Assembly: GCA_038231435.1 (NCBI GenBank)
Contig: JBBRLJ010000046.1
Coordinates: forward strand, 1 to 39,868
Source of the DNA: Planctomycetota bacterium
GTDB lineage: Bacteria; Planctomycetota; UBA11346
Length of the DNA: 39,868 nt
Direction: 5' to 3'
The position numbers and the translations under genes are program-made. The notes below the pieces were generated by a model. That model was not told where the DNA came from and did no database searches. It worked only from the letters and a program-made list of their open reading frames with translations. Below, piece after piece: positions 37,701 through 39,868 of this stretch. How positions within the stretch are numbered: position 1 is the stretch's first letter; each line of letters starts with the position of its first letter.

Positions 37701-37955
37701 GGCGACGACGCCACGCACATCGACGCGATCGCGCGTCGCGTGCTGGCGCGGCCATTCGACGCCGACGAGCTGCCGGTGGTGGCCCACATCCTCGACCAGG
37801 TGCGCGAGCGCTACCGCAAGACCCCAGACGATGCGAGCGCGCTGATCGCGGTGGGCGAGACGCGCTCGGATCCCACGCTCGACCGCGTCGAGCTCGCGGC
37901 GCTGACCATGGTCTGCAACCAGGTGCTGAATCTCGATGAGGCGTTGTGCAAATGA
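34713..37955 (+). CDS. Planctomycete PSD1/cytochrome c domain protein (DUF1549 + LamG/ConA-like insert + DUF1553)
   Basis: FNRDIRPI..CFHCHGPD, WLDAARYADTHG, CAVCHDHKFDPI, LamG-like WQHVFVTYDG, NPLTARVTVNRFWQ, PLQALVTLN; start 34713 or 34731. Confidence 0.92.
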   Translation: MHDHFLMNERSVPNLKLMPMLMPMLMLAACLSELAAAEPAAPATDPIRFNRDIRPIIAESCFHCHGPDPGSRKAGLRFDREESFFAAREGEEPTVIRGKPEASPLYRRITSDDPDEIMPPTKAHKPLKPEERESIRRWIAEGAHWEPHWSLIPPERPALPKVADSAWAKTPIDRFVLAKLEAAGLAPAPEADRRALARRVSLDLTGLPPEPAAVDAFVADRLPGAYEKLVDALLASPRYGEHRARYWLDAARYADTHGLHFDNYREMWAYRDWVIAAFNADMPFDRFTIEQIAGDLLPNPTRENRIATGFHRCGMTTNEGGTIEAENLAIYARERVETTSWVWLGLTANCAVCHDHKFDPIPTKDFYAFSAFFRNTVQGALDGNVKNTAPVVALPANPEDELRMSTVELDIAKANTDLAERKKALSVDLDAWVASLTIESWSAPIAAIGAPALHLPLDAATPDGSIAGEARGAAVVAHATTPVTAWEDGIVGKAAVLHSADDIVVDGVADLGKDQAYSFGCWVKIPKDGSGYGSIFSRMDEGDDHKGWDLWMQGDQFCTHLIHHWPDDALKVSSRGGLKRDTWQHVFVTYDGSGKSTGMSIFIDGVRSGTTADTETLKTHSLTGAPFKLARRKNGEGQTAILLQDLRLYTCRLEDDVVRRLASSARLGVLLAKPVAERTQPERDELLTMRCADDEAMRAASARLAALESERAALTARSPVTHVMEERKDTSPVAFVLTRGQYDQPGEKVDAGVFTALHAMPKDAPHNRMGLALWLVAPENPLTARVTVNRFWQELFGTGLVKTSEDFGIMGDPPSHPELLDHLAVEFRAGGWKIKPLIRSMVLSATYRQAAVATPEKIEKDPANRLLSRGPRFRMDAEMVRDFALCAAGALSPMIGGPSVKPYQPEGVWESIGMQESDTHHYKQDAGEALYRRSMYTFWKRQAPPASLEVLNAPSREVSCLRRERTDTPLQALVTLNDEQFIEAARLLAARVLAAGGDDATHIDAIARRVLARPFDADELPVVAHILDQVRERYRKTPDDASALIAVGETRSDPTLDRVELAALTMVCNQVLNLDEALCK

Positions 37956-38035
37956 AGGGGCTTTCGGTTGGGGGGCTACTCTTTTTGGTTGGGGGGCTAC
38001 GGCCCCCCAACCTCGCGCTCCGCGCTGCCCCCCGG
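37956..38035. repeat. G-tract direct repeat and hairpin between the DUF1553 and DUF1501 genes
   Basis: GGTTGGGGGGCTAC at 37966 and 37987; complementary arm GCCCCCCAACC at 38002-38012; GCGC-TCC-GCGC hairpin. Confidence 0.6.
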
Positions 38036-38060
38036 GAAGAAACGGATTGGGATTTAGAAC

Positions 38061-39557
38061 ATGGCAAACGGCAACTCGAGGACACATCCGATGACTACTG
38101 ATGGCAACGGTGGCGGGCTCACGCGGCGCGAGCTGCTGTCGCGGGGCGCGGGGGCGGCCAGCACGGCGGCGCTGGCGGGGATGTTCGGCGGGGCGTTCTT
38201 CAATGGGAAGATGTTCGCGGGGGATCCGACGCCGGTGGGCGGGGCGGTGGGGCCGCATTTTCCGGGGAAGGCCAAGCAGGTGATCTATCTGCATATGGTC
38301 GGCGGGCCGTCGCAGATGGATCTGTTCGACCACAAGCCGGGGATGCTGGACTGGTACGACAAGGATCTCCCCGATTCGATCCGCAAGGGCCAGCGCCTCA
38401 CCACCATGAGCTCGGGGCAGGCGCGATTCCCGATCGCGCCCTCGAAATACACCTTCAAGCAGCACGGCGAGAACGGCATGTGGGTCACCGACCTGCTGCC
38501 GAACCTGGCGAAGAAGAGCGATGAGATCTGCTGGATGCGCTCGCTCTACACCGAGGCGATCAATCACGAGCCCGCGATCACGCACATGCAGACCGGCAAT
38601 CAGATTCCAGGACGGCCGTGCCTGGGATCGTGGTGCTCGTACGGGCTCGGCTCGTTGAACAAGAACCTGCCCGTTTTCGTGGTGCTGGTCGCCACGCCGA
38701 GCAACCGCGAGCAGGAGCAGGCGATCTCGGGCCGACTGTGGTCCTCGGGCTACCTGCCGGGTGAGCACGCGGGCGTGTCCTTCCGCAGCCACGGCGATCC
38801 GATCCTGTTCATCAACAATCCCGCGGGCGTGTCGCCCGAGGTGCGCCGCGCCACCCTCGACGGCATCGGCCAGCTCAACGAGCTCGCCTACCGCCGCACC
38901 AACGATCCTGAAACGCGCACGCGCACCAGCCAGTACGAGATGGCCTACCGCATGCAGGAAAGCGTGCCCGAGCTGACCGCGATCGCGAACGAGCCCGAGA
39001 GCGTCTTCCAGCTCTACGGCGCCCAGGCCAAGACGCCCGGCACCTTCGCCAATTCAGCGCTGATGGCGCGCCGCCTGATCGAGCGCGGCGTGCGCTTCGT
39101 GCAGGTCTACCACAACAACTGGGACCACCACGCCAACGTCGGCGGCCGCATGCCCAGCCAGTGCATGGACGTAGACCTGCCCTGCGCCGGCCTGATCGAA
39201 GACCTCAAGCTGCGCGGCCTGCTCGACAGCACCCTGATCATCTGGGGCGGCGAATTCGGTCGCACCATCTATTCGCAAGGCGGCCTGACCAAGGACAACT
39301 ACGGCCGCGACCACCACCCGCGCTGCTTCACCATGTGGATGTGCGGCGGCGGCGCCAAGCCCGGCGTCATCCACGGCGAGACCGACGACTTCAGCTACAA
39401 CATCGTCAAGGACCCTGTCCACATCCGCGACTTCCACGCCACCGTCCTGCACCTGCTCGGCTTCGACCACCAGCGCCTGACCTTCCGCTACCAGGGCCTC
39501 GACGGCCGCCTGACCGGCGTCGAGCCGGCCGCGGTGGTGAAGCAGCTGCTGGCGTAG
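38061..39557 (+). CDS. DUF1501 domain-containing protein (Tat-exported, sulfatase-like fold)
   Basis: TRRELL Tat motif, HFPGKAKQVIYLHMVGGPSQMDLFD, ARRLIERGVRFVQ, WDHH, GEFGRT, GRDHHP; start may be 38091. Confidence 0.92.
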   Translation: MANGNSRTHPMTTDGNGGGLTRRELLSRGAGAASTAALAGMFGGAFFNGKMFAGDPTPVGGAVGPHFPGKAKQVIYLHMVGGPSQMDLFDHKPGMLDWYDKDLPDSIRKGQRLTTMSSGQARFPIAPSKYTFKQHGENGMWVTDLLPNLAKKSDEICWMRSLYTEAINHEPAITHMQTGNQIPGRPCLGSWCSYGLGSLNKNLPVFVVLVATPSNREQEQAISGRLWSSGYLPGEHAGVSFRSHGDPILFINNPAGVSPEVRRATLDGIGQLNELAYRRTNDPETRTRTSQYEMAYRMQESVPELTAIANEPESVFQLYGAQAKTPGTFANSALMARRLIERGVRFVQVYHNNWDHHANVGGRMPSQCMDVDLPCAGLIEDLKLRGLLDSTLIIWGGEFGRTIYSQGGLTKDNYGRDHHPRCFTMWMCGGGAKPGVIHGETDDFSYNIVKDPVHIRDFHATVLHLLGFDHQRLTFRYQGLDGRLTGVEPAAVVKQLLA

Positions 39558-39604
39558 ACTGGCGTAGGGTGGCGTAGACTGGCGTAGCACTGTGGGTGGC
39601 GTAG
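39550..39604 (+). repeat. Five copies of TGGCGTAG (10-bp period) starting at the DUF1501 stop codon
   Basis: Copies at 39550, 39560, 39570, 39580 and 39597. Confidence 0.8.
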
Positions 39605-39751
39605 ATCCCTGGCCCGCCTCGGCCAGGTGGATGTCATCAGCGTGTGGACGAGATGTTTTCGTGGTAAAACGCTGACATCCACGGGTTCACGTCAGGATCA
39701 GGTCGATACGAGGGCCCGAGCTGCGCCCCGGAAACCCCGCCAGCCGCCTCG

Positions 39752-39779
39752 TTGACGAGCGCGGGCCGTGTCGTATCGT
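39752..39779 (+). promoter_or_regulatory. Putative sigma70 promoter of tRNA-Lys
   Basis: TTGACG-N16-TATCGT, 13 bp upstream of the tRNA. Confidence 0.6.
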
Positions 39780-39792
39780 TCGCCTCCCATTT

Positions 39793-39868
39793 GCGCGATT
39801 AGCTCAGTTGGTAGAGCAAGGGATTCTTAATCCCTGGGTCCTAGGTTCGAGTCCTAGATCGCGCACCA
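39793..39868 (+). tRNA. tRNA-Lys (anticodon CTT)
   Basis: Acceptor stem GCGCGAT/ATCGCGC, D-arm AGCTCAGTTGGTAGAGC, anticodon arm AGGGA-TTCTTAA-TCCCT, GGTTCGAGTCC, discriminator A, CCA. Confidence 0.95.

Noticed and set aside
422..38792. Many long overlapping ORFs (e.g. 422-1624+, 1902-3578+, 5124-6806+, 10296-11660-, 32143-33894-, 34251-36572-, 37242-38792-)
   Set aside because: Antisense or alternate-frame shadows of well-supported genes in high-GC DNA; Arg/Ala/Gly-rich with no family motifs.
39550..39604. Mini-CRISPR interpretation of the TGGCGTAG repeats
   Set aside because: The repeat is only 8 bp with 2-9 bp gaps, far below CRISPR dimensions.

Overview
This is a GC-rich chromosomal window, most likely from a Planctomycetota bacterium: it carries a PSD1/DUF1549-DUF1553 cytochrome-c protein next to a DUF1501 gene, and mcsA-mcsB-clpC with no ctsR. 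It holds about 28 protein-coding genes, mostly housekeeping or catabolic (GH36/Sip1 glycosidase, bcp, moxR-DUF58-tgpA, mfd, HtrA-type proteases, mobA, pduO, SGNH esterases, proA, glycerate kinase, fabV, marR-yceI, mcsA-mcsB-clpC), plus tRNA-Ser(CGA) and tRNA-Lys(CTT). No transposase, integrase or CRISPR array is visible. Most notable observations: (1) a stand-alone Clp N-domain gene of atypical codon usage between mcsB and clpC, a candidate phospho-arginine decoy or adaptor; (2) a ~140-bp multi-stem intergenic repeat family (five copies) with compensatory base changes, C-GNA-G triloops and a TTAG end that overlaps stop codons; (3) a catalytically dead double-trypsin/PDZ protein translationally coupled to an intact HtrA; (4) an imperfect hammerhead-like core upstream of mfd; (5) many apparently leaderless promoters. 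All calls come from reading motifs by eye; no database searches were run.
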